Counted from the first letter of the stretch, positions 25,097 to 36,039 are shown. The stretch: 64,000 bases of DNA from Parcubacteria group bacterium GW2011_GWA1_56_13 (GCA_001004905.1 LCRY01000001.1:10461-74460), one strand, 5' to 3'. Translations and numbers: made by a program. Notes: generated from the sequence alone by a model not told the origin.

Positions 25097-26890
25097 TCAT
25101 ACCAATCGGATGTCTAAGAGTCGCAGGCGGACAGGATTCCCGCGGCTGAAGGTGTCGCGCTCCACGTGCGCGAGCATATTCACGCGGCTTCCTCCTTCTA
25201 ACGCGCCTGCGGTGCGCGCGACGGGTCCTTTTGCGAAAAACGTGACCGCGTCGATGCTCCTCCTCCCTTCTTCCGCCGATATTTTTAATTTTAAATGTTC
25301 TTCGCCTTTTCCGAAGCGAGAAACCTCCCGCACGGCGACCTCGCGTAGCAGAAACACCGGTTTGGGGTTCTCTATGCCGAAAGGGGCGAGCTTCTCGACC
25401 TTTTTCAGGAGCGTACCGTCTATTTCTTCCGGCGTAACGACCGCGTCGGCGTGCATGGAGAGATCATCTTCGAGCGGTTTCCCTTTCGTGAGATGGTCGT
25501 GCGCCTCGACGAGCCGGTCTTCCAGATAAAACACTTCCGTATCGCGCACGGTGAAACCGCCCGCGGCGCGGTGCCCGCCGAATTCCACGAACGTGCCCTC
25601 GGTCGCCTGCATGAGTTCCAAAATGTGCGTGGTACCGCCGTTGCGCACCGAGCCCTTCAAGCTCAAGTTCCCTTCCCGCCCCCACAAAAATACGGGCCGC
25701 TCGTATTCGTCCGCGATGTTCCCGGCGACGAGGCCCAAGAGCGCCGGGCGCCACGCCGGATCTCCGAGCGCGATGACCGACCGCACGGTTCCGCGCTCCT
25801 TGATGCGCGTATGCACCGCGCGCGTAATGGCGCCCGCCTCGGCTTTCCGCGTCCGGTTCGCCTTCTCCAATTTTTTTGCGAGCTCGTCGGCCTCATTCTC
25901 GTCGGTGGTGGTGAACAGGCGGAACGCGTCGCGCGCGTCGCCGATGCGGCTCGCGGCGTTCACTCTCGGCGCGAGCATGAAACCGACGTCGTCTTCGGAG
26001 AGCGTGCGCTGGTCAACGCGCATCCCGCGGCACAGCTTTTGGAGCCCGATGCGCGGCGACTTGCGCATCACCATGAGCCCGAAGGTCGCGAGTACGCGAT
26101 TTTCGTCCACGAGCGGCACCATGTCCGCGATGGTGGCGAGCCCGACCATGTCGAGGAGCCATTTCTCCCACCCTTCCGGCACTTTCTGGCGCAATTGCGG
26201 TTCGCAGGCGAGCGTCGCGCAGACGAGCTTCCACGCGACGCCCGAACCGCACAGCCCGTGGAACGGATACGTTTCATCGGCCCGGGCATTCGGATCGAGC
26301 ACCGCAAACGCTTTTGGCAATATCGGCCCTTCGACTTCGCTTGAGGCAGGCAGGTGGTGGTCGGTAACGATGACGTCCATGCCGAGTTCGCTTGCGCGCG
26401 CGACCGGCGCGCTGTCGGTAATGCCGGAATCCACCGTGACGATAAGTTTCACCCCGCGCTCCGCGAGCTTCTCGACGCCGTCCTCGTTCATCCCGTAGCC
26501 CTCGTTGTGGCGGTGCGGGATGTAATTCTCGAAATCCGCACCGGCTTTTTTGAGGAAATCGTGCATCACGACGGCGCCCGGGATGCCGTCGCAGTCGTAA
26601 TCGCTCCACACGGCGATTTTTTCTCCCGAAAGGATAGCCGTCGCAAGCCGCTTCGCGGCAAGCGGCATGTCGGTCATGAGGAACGGGTCGTGCAGGTGTT
26701 TGGCGTACGAGGGATTGAGGAATGTCTCGGCGGCTTCACGCGTCACGACGCCGCGGCGCGAAAGGAGCGCCGCAGTGAGCTCGTCGTACGCGCCGAGCTC
26801 TTCGCGAAGCAGGGCGGACAAGGGCTCGTGGAGCGGGAACATATAGGCCGTATTGTATACTGACCCGATGAAAGACTGTATCTTCTGCAA
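25097..26890 (-). CDS. recJ: Single-stranded-DNA-specific exonuclease RecJ
   Basis: DHH motifs DYDCDGI, VTDHH; DHHA1 region; 597 aa. Confidence 0.9.
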   Translation of the reverse strand: MQKIQSFIGSVYNTAYMFPLHEPLSALLREELGAYDELTAALLSRRGVVTREAAETFLNPSYAKHLHDPFLMTDMPLAAKRLATAILSGEKIAVWSDYDCDGIPGAVVMHDFLKKAGADFENYIPHRHNEGYGMNEDGVEKLAERGVKLIVTVDSGITDSAPVARASELGMDVIVTDHHLPASSEVEGPILPKAFAVLDPNARADETYPFHGLCGSGVAWKLVCATLACEPQLRQKVPEGWEKWLLDMVGLATIADMVPLVDENRVLATFGLMVMRKSPRIGLQKLCRGMRVDQRTLSEDDVGFMLAPRVNAASRIGDARDAFRLFTTTDENEADELAKKLEKANRTRKAEAGAITRAVHTRIKERGTVRSVIALGDPAWRPALLGLVAGNIADEYERPVFLWGREGNLSLKGSVRNGGTTHILELMQATEGTFVEFGGHRAAGGFTVRDTEVFYLEDRLVEAHDHLTKGKPLEDDLSMHADAVVTPEEIDGTLLKKVEKLAPFGIENPKPVFLLREVAVREVSRFGKGEEHLKLKISAEEGRRSIDAVTFFAKGPVARTAGALEGGSRVNMLAHVERDTFSRGNPVRLRLLDIRLV

Positions 26891-27200
26891 AATAATCGCG
26901 GGCGAAGTGCCGAGCGAGAAGACGCATCACGAAGACGATGCGATAGTGTCATTCCCCGACATCCACCCCGTGCGCCCGGGCCACACCCTTGTGGTCACGG
27001 CTAAGCACTATCAGTGGTTTTGGGAATTGCCGGGTGACGTCGCGAACGACTTCTTTAGGGTCTCCCGGAAGATGGCGCGAGAGCTGAAGGAAAAAACGGG
27101 CGCCGATTACGTCCAGCTCTCCATTGTGGGCAAAGACGTTCCGCACGTGCACGCGCACCTCATTCCGCGGACATTCGGCGATACGAAAGCGTTACTGTAG
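26853..27200 (+). CDS. HIT-family (histidine triad) hydrolase
   Basis: CIFCKII..E N-terminus; HVHAHLIP histidine triad; 115 aa. Confidence 0.8.
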   Translation: MYTDPMKDCIFCKIIAGEVPSEKTHHEDDAIVSFPDIHPVRPGHTLVVTAKHYQWFWELPGDVANDFFRVSRKMARELKEKTGADYVQLSIVGKDVPHVHAHLIPRTFGDTKALL

Positions 27201-28340
27201 GGCCTCGATACCGGGCAAGGTGCCGCGCGCGAGGTATTCGAGCATGGCGCCGCCACCGGTCGAGACGAAGGAAAAGCGCGGCAGAAGACCGAGATTTTCG
27301 ATGGCGGCGATAGTGTCCCCGCCGCCGACGACCGAATGCGCCTTTGAGGCGGCGACTGCGCGGGCGAAATCATTTGTCGCGTCAATGAATCCATTCTCAT
27401 AATTCCCCAAGGGTCCATTCCAGAGGACGGTCTTCGCTTTTGCGGCCAGCCCGGCGAGAAGCGCTGCGGTTCCCGGGCCATGGTCCAAGATATTTTCGTC
27501 GTTTTTGATATCCCCGAAAGGAGCGATGCGAGCTTCGGAGCGCGACGGGAAAGAGCCGTCCGCGCGGGCGGATACGACGACCGAATCTATCGGCAAGACG
27601 AGCTTCGAATTCGCGAGAAGACGCCTGATATCCTTCTCGTCCGCCTGCGACGTGAGCGATTTCCCCACTTCCTGTCCCGACGCTTTGAGAAAATCGTTTC
27701 CAAGGGCTCCGCCAACGAACACGTGATCATATGTACCCAGCAAGGTCGCGAGCACCGCTTCCTTGGTATTGAATTTCGCCCCCGCAATGACGGCAAGTGC
27801 CGGGCGCTTCGGCGCGAGCGCTCGTGTCAGCTCCTGTATTTCCTCTTCGAGCAGAAGTCCGGCGTACGACGGCAGGAATTGGGGAACGCCGACGATAGAC
27901 GCATGCGTCCGATGGCACGTATCGAAACTATCCTGGACGAACACATCGGCGAGCAGAGCGAGCTCCCTTGCGAAGGAATGGTCGTTTGCCCGTTCCCCGC
28001 GATCGCGTCGCAGGTTTTCCAAGACGAGGATGGTGCCGGGAGCAAGGTCGCGAACGGCCGCGCGCGCCCCTTCCCCGACGGTTTCGCCGAAGAACGAAAC
28101 GCTCGGTATGAGCGTGCCAAGCGCGTTCGCGACGGGCCGGAGCGTCTCGGTCCCTTTCTGGCCGAGATGGCTGATGAGCACGACGCGCGCGCCCTGCTGC
28201 GCGAGATGGCGGATGGTCGGCAGCGCACGACGCAGACGGTAGTCATTCACTACCCTCCCGTTCTCGACAGGTACATTCAGTGCCGCACGCACCAATATCG
28301 GAATATGTTGGAAAATTCGTATATCGCGGACGGAACGCAT
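27192..28340 (-). CDS. pgk: Phosphoglycerate kinase
   Basis: 382 aa; N-terminal LNVPVENGRVVNDYRL...VVLISHLG PGK signature. Confidence 0.9.
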   Translation of the reverse strand: MRSVRDIRIFQHIPILVRAALNVPVENGRVVNDYRLRRALPTIRHLAQQGARVVLISHLGQKGTETLRPVANALGTLIPSVSFFGETVGEGARAAVRDLAPGTILVLENLRRDRGERANDHSFARELALLADVFVQDSFDTCHRTHASIVGVPQFLPSYAGLLLEEEIQELTRALAPKRPALAVIAGAKFNTKEAVLATLLGTYDHVFVGGALGNDFLKASGQEVGKSLTSQADEKDIRRLLANSKLVLPIDSVVVSARADGSFPSRSEARIAPFGDIKNDENILDHGPGTAALLAGLAAKAKTVLWNGPLGNYENGFIDATNDFARAVAASKAHSVVGGGDTIAAIENLGLLPRFSFVSTGGGAMLEYLARGTLPGIEALQ

Positions 28341-28479
28341 GCCCGGTTAGGACAACACGGCATTGCTCCCCGTGTCGGGGATTCGGCAATGCCCATGCCG
28401 CAAAAAAACAAACGAGCCCGCCTTGCCCCGCTCGACCGCAGGAGCACTCACACGACGCCATGTTGACGTGCCGAGCATG

Positions 28480-29223
28480 CTACCGTAGCTGCCTTACCAG
28501 CAGTGCGAAATCGCGCGGGTCGACCGACGCGTGTCCCACAAGAAATCCGTCAACGCCCGAACTTGCCGCGAGGTCCCGCACGTTTGTCCGTTCGACCGCG
28601 CCACCATAAAGCACCAGGGAACCGTGGGAACTCTTTCCGGGCAGAAGTTCCGCGAGCACCTTGCGTATATAAAGCACCATTTCGGTCAGATCGTTCGGTC
28701 CGATGGAGTGCTCGGCTGCTTTGCCGATCGCCCACAACGGCTCGTACGCGATAATGACATTCGCGCGTTCCCTCGGAGAAAGCGGCTCGAGGGCGGCGGT
28801 AAGCTGTTCGCGCACGATCGCGAGATACCGTCCCTCACCGTCACGTTCCGTTTCTCCGACGCAGAGAATGGGAGTGAGGCCGTGGGTGAGCGCATGGGAG
28901 AGCTTCACAGCGACGATGGCATCGGTGTCGCCGAGCGCTCTGCGCTCGGAATGTCCGACGATGGCGTACGTCGCGCCGGCGGCGGCATAGGTCTGCGCCG
29001 TCGCTTCGCCGGTTAGGGCGCCGCCGGTCGTGGCCGATATGTCCTGCGCAGCGAAGGCAATGACGGACCTGTTCCGGAGCGCGAGCGCGCCCAACAGAGG
29101 GGCGCTCGGCGCAAGCACGACTCGGATCCGGGTCGCCGAGGCGACCCTCTTGCTCGTCGTTAAAAGCTTCCGCGCCTTCGCGAGTTCCTCAACATATGCC
29201 TTCCAGTTCGCGACAATGAGCAT
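28480..29223 (-). CDS. tpiA: Triosephosphate isomerase. The ORF extends to 29292, but the likely start is MLIVANWK at 29223.
   Basis: IVANWKAY; IAYEPLWAIG TIM motifs. Confidence 0.85.
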   Translation of the reverse strand: MLIVANWKAYVEELAKARKLLTTSKRVASATRIRVVLAPSAPLLGALALRNRSVIAFAAQDISATTGGALTGEATAQTYAAAGATYAIVGHSERRALGDTDAIVAVKLSHALTHGLTPILCVGETERDGEGRYLAIVREQLTAALEPLSPRERANVIIAYEPLWAIGKAAEHSIGPNDLTEMVLYIRKVLAELLPGKSSHGSLVLYGGAVERTNVRDLAASSGVDGFLVGHASVDPRDFALLVRQLR

Positions 29224-29298
29224 GTCTATAATAGTAGCAGGTAGCGGGAGCGGGTGGCAGGCGAATCCGGACCGCCCTGCGTTTCCTACCAACTGCTT

Positions 29299-30618
29299 TC
29301 ACCGGGTGATGGCGTAGGAGCCGGGAATGAAGGCCCAGCTCCCGCCCGGGCCTGCCTGGAACGCGGTATTGGGAAGGCCGGTGTCGTAGGTGACGGTTGC
29401 GGATTGCGAAAGGGAGATTTTATACCCGGTCGCCTCCTTCACGTTCACGCTCTGGCCGAGCGTGAGGCGTCCGTGGCTTGCATAGGCGACGAGCGCGGAC
29501 GCTCCCTGTCCGAGCGAGACGGCGACGTTCGACCCGCCTTGTTCCGCGCTCCTGTTCTGCGAAATGAGGAATACGAACGACCGCGGCGCGCCGGACCCGA
29601 AGAACTCGGTACTTTGGCCGACGGTGATGACGCCGCTACCCGTTGGGTTGGATGGATTATCCGCGATGATGGCCACGTTCTGGTCGCCGAGAGCCGGATC
29701 GATCCGTATCGTCGGCCCGGTTTGCGTGGTGATGTTGCCGGTCACCCAGATCGGTCCCGTGACCGTAAGCACGCCGGAAGAACTCTTCACGATCAGGTTG
29801 CAGGCGATCTTCTTTGGGCCGAGCGCCACGTCCGTACTGATCGTATAGTCGCCGTGGCTATCGCACGAACTGATCGTACCGCCCTCCGCCGCATACGATT
29901 CCCAAAGGGCGATCTGCTCGTCCGAGATCGGCAGCGCGACCTCCGCCTGGTCCGGACTATTCGGGTACAAGGTACCGTTGACGGTCGTGTTGACCTTGGT
30001 GACGTAATAGGCGTCCCCATCGATGGTCGTCGGCTGGCTCCCTAATCCGATGGTGTGCGCATACGCGGAGCTCGTGGCATGAACCCCGTATATGATGCCG
30101 TTCGGACCGGAGGAAATGACATCTCCGTATATATAATTCCCGCCGCTACCGGTGACCGGGCCGCTCGAGAACACGTTGCCGATTATTTTCGAAGTGTTGT
30201 TCATGGAAAAGCCGCCATTTCCCGCCTGGATGCCGTAATGGAACGCGATGTTGGCATTGTCGAGCCCGACATCGGCTTGGACGATTTTCGTTGCCGTTGG
30301 ATTTTGGTTATCCGGCACATATCCCGTTGCGGTGATCCGCTTGATGTTGGGGTCAATGTCCTGGACCGCTATAGTGAACATCCCGTTGCCGAGGGCCGTG
30401 TTGGCTTCTCCGGTGTAGGCAGGGTTCTGATTCAGTTGATACGTCGCTTCGTCAAACGCCCCCTCGGCGATCGCGAGTGCTTGCGCAGCGGCGACCGTCA
30501 CCCGTTCAGCCCGTCCGTATGAAGTTAAATACCCCACGAGCGCGGTGGAAACGGTCATGAATATGCCGGCAAAAACGAGCGCGAGCAGCATGATTTGTCC
30601 TTTTGTGTATGCGGTCAT
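29299..30618 (-). CDS. Large Gly/Ser-rich membrane-anchored protein, last gene of the pilus operon (putative pilus-associated or tip protein)
   Basis: N-terminal hydrophobic anchor KGQIMLLALVFAGIFMTVSTALVGYL without the conserved pilin Glu5; Gly-rich beta-repeat region; 4-nt overlap with the upstream pilin gene. Confidence 0.45.
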   Translation of the reverse strand: MTAYTKGQIMLLALVFAGIFMTVSTALVGYLTSYGRAERVTVAAAQALAIAEGAFDEATYQLNQNPAYTGEANTALGNGMFTIAVQDIDPNIKRITATGYVPDNQNPTATKIVQADVGLDNANIAFHYGIQAGNGGFSMNNTSKIIGNVFSSGPVTGSGGNYIYGDVISSGPNGIIYGVHATSSAYAHTIGLGSQPTTIDGDAYYVTKVNTTVNGTLYPNSPDQAEVALPISDEQIALWESYAAEGGTISSCDSHGDYTISTDVALGPKKIACNLIVKSSSGVLTVTGPIWVTGNITTQTGPTIRIDPALGDQNVAIIADNPSNPTGSGVITVGQSTEFFGSGAPRSFVFLISQNRSAEQGGSNVAVSLGQGASALVAYASHGRLTLGQSVNVKEATGYKISLSQSATVTYDTGLPNTAFQAGPGGSWAFIPGSYAITR

Positions 30619-31169
30619 GGCGAGAAATTACGCAGGTACAACTGCTCGCGCACACGGCTTTGCACCGTCTGCTCTTTGTATTGCGCGCGGGTTTGTATAT
30701 CGGCTATGACATTCGTGACCTGTGAAAAATCAGCATCGTCATACGTGAAAGAAACGGCATCCAGTGTGCCGCTTAGGCGAGTGAGTCCGGACACGCGTAC
30801 GCTCTGTGCATCTGCAAGCACAAGGCGGTAAAACTCGGTGGAAGATGCGTAAAATACGACATAATCTTTCGCGCTTTCCACAATGGCACCGGAACCATTG
30901 AACGCGGGAAGCGAAAGCACGAGAGTAGTCGAGCCGGACGCGTAGGACGTACCGGAGAAGGCGTGGGAAGCGAGCACCCGGTCCGCGGGAAGTACGGCCG
31001 CCTCCAGCGCGTTCAGCGCCGCGCCGGAGGAGCCGGCGGTCGCAATGAACGCCTGCTGGTATCCGTACATCGAATTGAAAACAAAAAACAAGTTTACCAG
31101 CGCCATCAGCACCACGACACTCACGCTCATGACGACGACCGCTTCGATAAGGGTGAATCCCTGTTTCAT
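30615..31169 (-). CDS. Prepilin-type N-terminal cleavage/methylation domain protein (type IV pilin or pseudopilin). The ORF extends to 31241, but the likely start is MKQGFTLIE at 31169.
   Basis: KQG|FTLIEAVVVMSVSVVVL class III signal peptide with Glu5. Confidence 0.7.
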   Translation of the reverse strand: MKQGFTLIEAVVVMSVSVVVLMALVNLFFVFNSMYGYQQAFIATAGSSGAALNALEAAVLPADRVLASHAFSGTSYASGSTTLVLSLPAFNGSGAIVESAKDYVVFYASSTEFYRLVLADAQSVRVSGLTRLSGTLDAVSFTYDDADFSQVTNVIADIQTRAQYKEQTVQSRVREQLYLRNFSP

Positions 31170-31555
31170 TTTAGTCCGGAATCCTCCGTTATGAGAGTCG
31201 TGAGCGACACTGTCCGGGTCACGAGGCCTGCTCCTCTCCACGAGACGCCCACGTCGACACGCTTGGTGTCGTCGTTGAAAGCCGTGCTGGTCAGGGACGA
31301 GGTGCTCGAAGCGAGCGAGGCGAGGAGTGTGTCCTCGAACGGGCCATCCGGCGGCAGCGCCGCATAACCGCCGGCGCGCAGCCGTTCGATCTCGCCGCGG
31401 ACGATCTTCAGTGCCAGGTCCTGATCGCGCACTTCCCTGCCGTTAATGGGAATGCGTTCGAGCAGGACCGAAGTCGCCACTATCATCAGGCCTATGATGG
31501 CGGTAGCGACGGTTACTTCGATGAGAGAGAATCCTCGCGGCCGGGGCGACACCAT
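31166..31555 (-). CDS. Prepilin-type N-terminal cleavage/methylation domain protein (type IV pilin or pseudopilin)
   Basis: RG|FSLIEVTVATAIIGL class III signal peptide; 129 aa. Confidence 0.7.
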   Translation of the reverse strand: MVSPRPRGFSLIEVTVATAIIGLMIVATSVLLERIPINGREVRDQDLALKIVRGEIERLRAGGYAALPPDGPFEDTLLASLASSTSSLTSTAFNDDTKRVDVGVSWRGAGLVTRTVSLTTLITEDSGLK

Positions 31556-31556
31556 A

Positions 31557-32774
31557 CTAGATGGCCGAAGAGAGCGAATAAATCGGCGCGATCATCGATA
31601 CGGCGAACACGCCAACGGCGCCGCCGATGAGGAGCATGAGGACGGGCTCGATAATGGTCGAGAGATCTTTTGTTTTCTCTGCAACATCCCCTTCGTAGAA
31701 CTCCGCGATCTGCTTCAGCATCTCGGCCACCTTGCCGGTTTCCTCACCGACCGCGAGCATGTCGCTCATGAGGATCGGATACAGTCTGGCATGCTCGGCA
31801 AACGCCGCGGAGAGCAGTTCCCCTTTCTTCACATGTGCCTGGGCCTCCTCGACGACGTTGGCGAACGCTTCGGCATGTACGACCTCGCGGGTGATGGCAA
31901 GCGCCTGGAGCACCGGCACGCCCGCCGACAGGAGCGAGGAGAGTGTGCGGGAAGCGCGTGCGGCGTAGGTCTCACGTACGAGTTCGTTGAGGACGGGGAT
32001 TGTGAGCGCTATCGCGAGCACGAGCCGCGCTCCTATCTTTGATCGGACGAATGCGACGGTTCCCAGAACGAGTGCAACAAGCGAAAGGAGCACGAGCGAT
32101 ATATGCGCCACCATGAAGTCCGAAAGGGCGACGATGATGCGCGTGGCAAGCGGTATCTGGACCCCGAGTGCCGTAAAGGTCTTGGTCAGGGTCGGTACGA
32201 CATAAATAAGCATCAGGACGCTCACGACGACGATGGCCGTGATGACGATTGCCGGGTAGATCATCGCGCCTTTTATTTTTCGTACCAGCTCCTCCGATCG
32301 TTCCATCTGGAGGGCAACGACGGTAAGCGACTCGGCAAGAGAACCCGACTCCTCGCCCGCCTGCACCATCGCAATGAACACTTCCGGGAACACTTTCGGA
32401 TATGCCGACAGCGCTTCGTGGAACGACGATCCTTTCTTAACCGATTCGGAGAGCCCGGCGGCGATCCTCTTTAGGTAGGTATTGCTCGACTGCCGTTCGA
32501 TAATGGACAGGGCGCGCGAAACGGAGAGCCCGGCACCCAGCATGGCGGAGAGATTCTTCGCGGTGCGCACCACCTCCATGCGTTTTACCCCCGTTCCGAT
32601 CGAAATGTTGAACCGAGAAAGCGCGCCAGGACTGAATCCCCGCTTCTCCGCGATTGCAACGACGAACCCTCCTTCGTTATGTATCTGGTGGTACACATCG
32701 AAGCGCGACGACGCCTCGACGACGCGTGTTTCATCCGGCGCGCCTTCTTTCCGTACCGTAATGCGGAACTTCAT
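31557..32774 (-). CDS. pilC: Type IV pilus / T2SS platform protein, PilC/GspF family
   Basis: 405 aa; duplicated GspF domains; three TM segments; follows pilB with a 2-nt gap. Confidence 0.85.
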   Translation of the reverse strand: MKFRITVRKEGAPDETRVVEASSRFDVYHQIHNEGGFVVAIAEKRGFSPGALSRFNISIGTGVKRMEVVRTAKNLSAMLGAGLSVSRALSIIERQSSNTYLKRIAAGLSESVKKGSSFHEALSAYPKVFPEVFIAMVQAGEESGSLAESLTVVALQMERSEELVRKIKGAMIYPAIVITAIVVVSVLMLIYVVPTLTKTFTALGVQIPLATRIIVALSDFMVAHISLVLLSLVALVLGTVAFVRSKIGARLVLAIALTIPVLNELVRETYAARASRTLSSLLSAGVPVLQALAITREVVHAEAFANVVEEAQAHVKKGELLSAAFAEHARLYPILMSDMLAVGEETGKVAEMLKQIAEFYEGDVAEKTKDLSTIIEPVLMLLIGGAVGVFAVSMIAPIYSLSSAI

Positions 32775-32776
32775 GG

Positions 32777-34555
32777 TTATTCGGTTATAGTACGGAGTAC
32801 CTCCTCGATGCTCGTGATGCCGCGCGCCGCTTTGTAGAGACCGTCCTCGAGCATCGTGAGCATGCCTTCCTTCTTCGCCTGTGCTTCCAGCGCGTCACTG
32901 GTCCCCGAACGGAGGATGATTTCCCTGATGGCGGGCGAAACATCGAGCACTTCGTGAATGCCGATGCGGCTTTTGTAGCCGTCGGCGCATTCAGGCGAGG
33001 GCATCGGCCGATAAAATGGGAGCTCGTCGAGCGTCGTTCCCGCCTTAAGAAGTTTTTCGTCCTGGAGCGCCTTGAACGCGGCGGCGAATTCCGCGTCGCT
33101 CGCGATCTTCGCGCGTGTCGTTTTGTCCATCGCGTACTGCTCCTTCGTATCGCAGAGCTTACGCACAAGCCGTTGCCCGATGATGACGCGGACGGTAGAG
33201 ACGAGCAGGAAAGGCTCAACGCCCATGTCAATGAGACGCGGAATGGCGCCTGCGGCGCTATTGGTATGGATAGTCGAGAGTACGAGATGGCCGGTCAGCG
33301 CGGCGTTGATCGCCAATGATGCCGTTTCGCCGTCGCGTATCTCGCCGACCATGATGATGTCCGGGTCCTGGCGCACAAGCGAACGGAGCCCGTTGGCGAA
33401 GGTGAATCCTATCTGGGGATTCACCTGGGTCTGATTTACGCGCTTCATCTGGTATTCGATCGGGTCTTCGACGGTCGAGATGTTCACGTCCGGCTGGTTG
33501 AGGATGTCGAGCATGGTGTACAACGTCGTCGTCTTGCCGCTGCCGGTCGGGCCCGAAATGAGGATGATGCCGGTGGTCTGCTTGAGTGCGCGGTGGATAC
33601 GCTCCATATTCTCGCCATGCAGGCCGAGAACCTCGAGAGTGAATCCCTCGCCGGTTTCCCGCAAAAGGCGCATAACCGTTTTCTCGCCGAAGAACGTCGG
33701 CAGGATCGAGACGCGGAAGGAGACCTTGTCGGCTTCGGTCTCCATCTTGAACCGGCCGTCCTGCGGGAGGCGCTTTTCGTCGAGTTTCAGGTTGGAGAGC
33801 ACTTTGATGCGCGCGACGATGCCCGCCGCCGCGTTCTTCGGCAAGGTCATTGCGTCGTGGAGTATGCCGTCGATGCGGTAACGCACCAGCACCTCCTTTT
33901 CCATCGGTTCGATGTGGATGTCCGAAGCCCCCTGCACGATCGCATGCCGCAAAAGAGTGTCGACGATGCGCACGATCGGCAGGTCCTCGGCCATCTTCTT
34001 CAGTTCGTCGCCCGAGAGGTCCTTTCCTCCCTCCGCGACGACGCGTATTTTCTCCGCTTCGGTCGAAATGATGTCGCCGAATTCGTCCTTCAGCGATTTT
34101 TGGTATTGCAGGAGCGCGTGTTTGATGCTGTCGGCGTCAGTGAGCCGCGGCAGTATCTTCAGTCCCGTTTTTTTCCGGACCGAGTCGATGGATACAAGGT
34201 CTCCAACGTCGAGCATCACGACTTCGAGAGCGTCCCCTTCTTTTCTGTAGGCGATGATATTGTGCGTGCGTGCGATGGGTTCTGGAATGAGCGCGAGAAC
34301 GTCGGCCGGGATACGATGCTCTTTCAAGTTCACGAACGGAATGCCGAGGACGTATGCCTGAATGCGCCGAAGGGCGTCGCTGGTCAAGGAGCCACGCGAT
34401 ACGAGAATGTCGCCCAGCGACTGACCGCGTTCTTTCGCCTCCGCCGCCGCAGCCTCGATATCTTTTTTGGCGATAAGGCCAGAATCGGTGATGAACTCCT
34501 TGAGCTCTCCCTCTGAAACGTGCATATATGAAGAAGTATAGCGCCTCCTGCCCAT
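32777..34555 (-). CDS. pilB: Type IV pilus assembly ATPase PilB (GspE family)
   Basis: N-terminal GSPII_E_N domain; Walker A ISGPTGSGKTTTLYTML; TVEDPIEY; IHTNSAAGA; 592 aa. Confidence 0.9.
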   Translation of the reverse strand: MGRRRYTSSYMHVSEGELKEFITDSGLIAKKDIEAAAAEAKERGQSLGDILVSRGSLTSDALRRIQAYVLGIPFVNLKEHRIPADVLALIPEPIARTHNIIAYRKEGDALEVVMLDVGDLVSIDSVRKKTGLKILPRLTDADSIKHALLQYQKSLKDEFGDIISTEAEKIRVVAEGGKDLSGDELKKMAEDLPIVRIVDTLLRHAIVQGASDIHIEPMEKEVLVRYRIDGILHDAMTLPKNAAAGIVARIKVLSNLKLDEKRLPQDGRFKMETEADKVSFRVSILPTFFGEKTVMRLLRETGEGFTLEVLGLHGENMERIHRALKQTTGIILISGPTGSGKTTTLYTMLDILNQPDVNISTVEDPIEYQMKRVNQTQVNPQIGFTFANGLRSLVRQDPDIIMVGEIRDGETASLAINAALTGHLVLSTIHTNSAAGAIPRLIDMGVEPFLLVSTVRVIIGQRLVRKLCDTKEQYAMDKTTRAKIASDAEFAAAFKALQDEKLLKAGTTLDELPFYRPMPSPECADGYKSRIGIHEVLDVSPAIREIILRSGTSDALEAQAKKEGMLTMLEDGLYKAARGITSIEEVLRTITE

Positions 34556-34670
34556 GTCCGGACGCTCTTTTCACACGCTATTGACGCACAAGGCGTATTT
34601 GGTACACTTGTCGGTATCTGAAATGCCCCTACGGGGCTTTCTTTATAAAAGTGCGACATACATATTCCAT

Positions 34671-36023
34671 ATGATCGATCTCAAAACCATCAATGCAGTG
34701 CTCGGAGAATTCGAAGACCGCGGCATCAGCCGCGCGACGATGCTCGACGCAATCGAGAGCGCGATGGCGACCGCGTACAAGCGCGAATACGGCAAGCGCG
34801 GGCAGGTGATACGCGCAAAGCTCGACCTCAACACAGGCACCATCGCCTTTGAACAGGTAAAAACGGTCGTTGACGAAACGAGCGTACGCTTTCCGTCGCC
34901 CGATGAAGCACCGGTGCGCCCACACTCGTTCCATGGCGAAGATGAGCATCTTGCGGAGGGCGAATTGCCGCGGTTTGATCCCGAAAAGCACATCCTCCTT
35001 GAGGACGCGAAGCGCATGAAGCGCGGTGTCTCCGTCGGCGAAGAGATAAGCTTCCCGCTCGAGCCGCAGGACGACTTCGGCCGCATCGCCGCGCAGACGG
35101 CAAAGCAGGTGGTCATCCAGAAGGTGCGCGAAGCCGAAAAACTCTCCATGATGGAGGAGTTCGGCGAGAAAAAAGGCCAGATAGTGAGCGGCATCGTCCA
35201 GCGCATGGAGCGCGGTGCGATATTTGTCGACCTCGGGCGCACCACCGGCATTATTCCCTACGAGGAACAGATACCGGGCGAGCGCTACCGCATGGGCGAG
35301 CGCATACGCGCGTATCTCTACGCGGTGGACGAGGGCTTCCGCGGCGTCTACCTGCGTCTTTCGCGGGCACATCCGAAGTTCGTCGTGAAGCTATTCGAGC
35401 TTGAGGCGCCGGAACTTGCCGCCGGTTCGATCGAGGTGAAGGCGCTCGCGCGCGAGCCGGGGAGCCGCACCAAAATAGCGCTCGCGTCCTTGGACCCGCA
35501 TGTCGACCCGGTTGGCTCCCTCGTCGGTCAGAGGGGCGTCCGTGTCTCGACCGTGATGAGCGAGCTTGGCGGCGAGCGCATCGACATCATCGAGTGGAGC
35601 GACAACATGAAGGAGTTCGTAAAAGAAGCGCTTTCTCCCGCGACTCCGCTTACGGTCGAGCTTGACGAAGCGAACCATCGCGCCACGGTCACCGTTGCCG
35701 AGGACGAACAGTCGCTCGCCATCGGCCGCGGCGGCCAGAACGTTCGGCTCGCGGCCAAACTCACTGGATGGAACATTGACATCGTATCGGCAGGAGGCAC
35801 CGAAGTCGCCGAATCCGACGGCGAGACCGTTGCCGTCGCGGAGGTCGATGCTGACCCCGCCGAGGCGGCCGGCGTGATGCCGACCGAGAGCGTCGAGATC
35901 GTCACCGATGATACGAAGGAGACGACCGTGCTGCCCGCCGAAGAGGAGTTGGCGATACTCCCGGCGAGCGATGAAAGCGCGGCTGACAAAGCGGAAGACA
36001 GAGACATCGCGAAAGACGAATGA
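34671..36023 (+). CDS. nusA: Transcription termination/antitermination factor NusA, with an acidic C-terminal extension
   Basis: MIDLKTINAVL N-terminus; S1 and two KH domains (GRGGQNVRLAAKLTGWNIDI); acidic tail. Confidence 0.9.
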   Translation: MIDLKTINAVLGEFEDRGISRATMLDAIESAMATAYKREYGKRGQVIRAKLDLNTGTIAFEQVKTVVDETSVRFPSPDEAPVRPHSFHGEDEHLAEGELPRFDPEKHILLEDAKRMKRGVSVGEEISFPLEPQDDFGRIAAQTAKQVVIQKVREAEKLSMMEEFGEKKGQIVSGIVQRMERGAIFVDLGRTTGIIPYEEQIPGERYRMGERIRAYLYAVDEGFRGVYLRLSRAHPKFVVKLFELEAPELAAGSIEVKALAREPGSRTKIALASLDPHVDPVGSLVGQRGVRVSTVMSELGGERIDIIEWSDNMKEFVKEALSPATPLTVELDEANHRATVTVAEDEQSLAIGRGGQNVRLAAKLTGWNIDIVSAGGTEVAESDGETVAVAEVDADPAEAAGVMPTESVEIVTDDTKETTVLPAEEELAILPASDESAADKAEDRDIAKDE

Positions 36024-36039
36024 GGTATAATCGACGGAT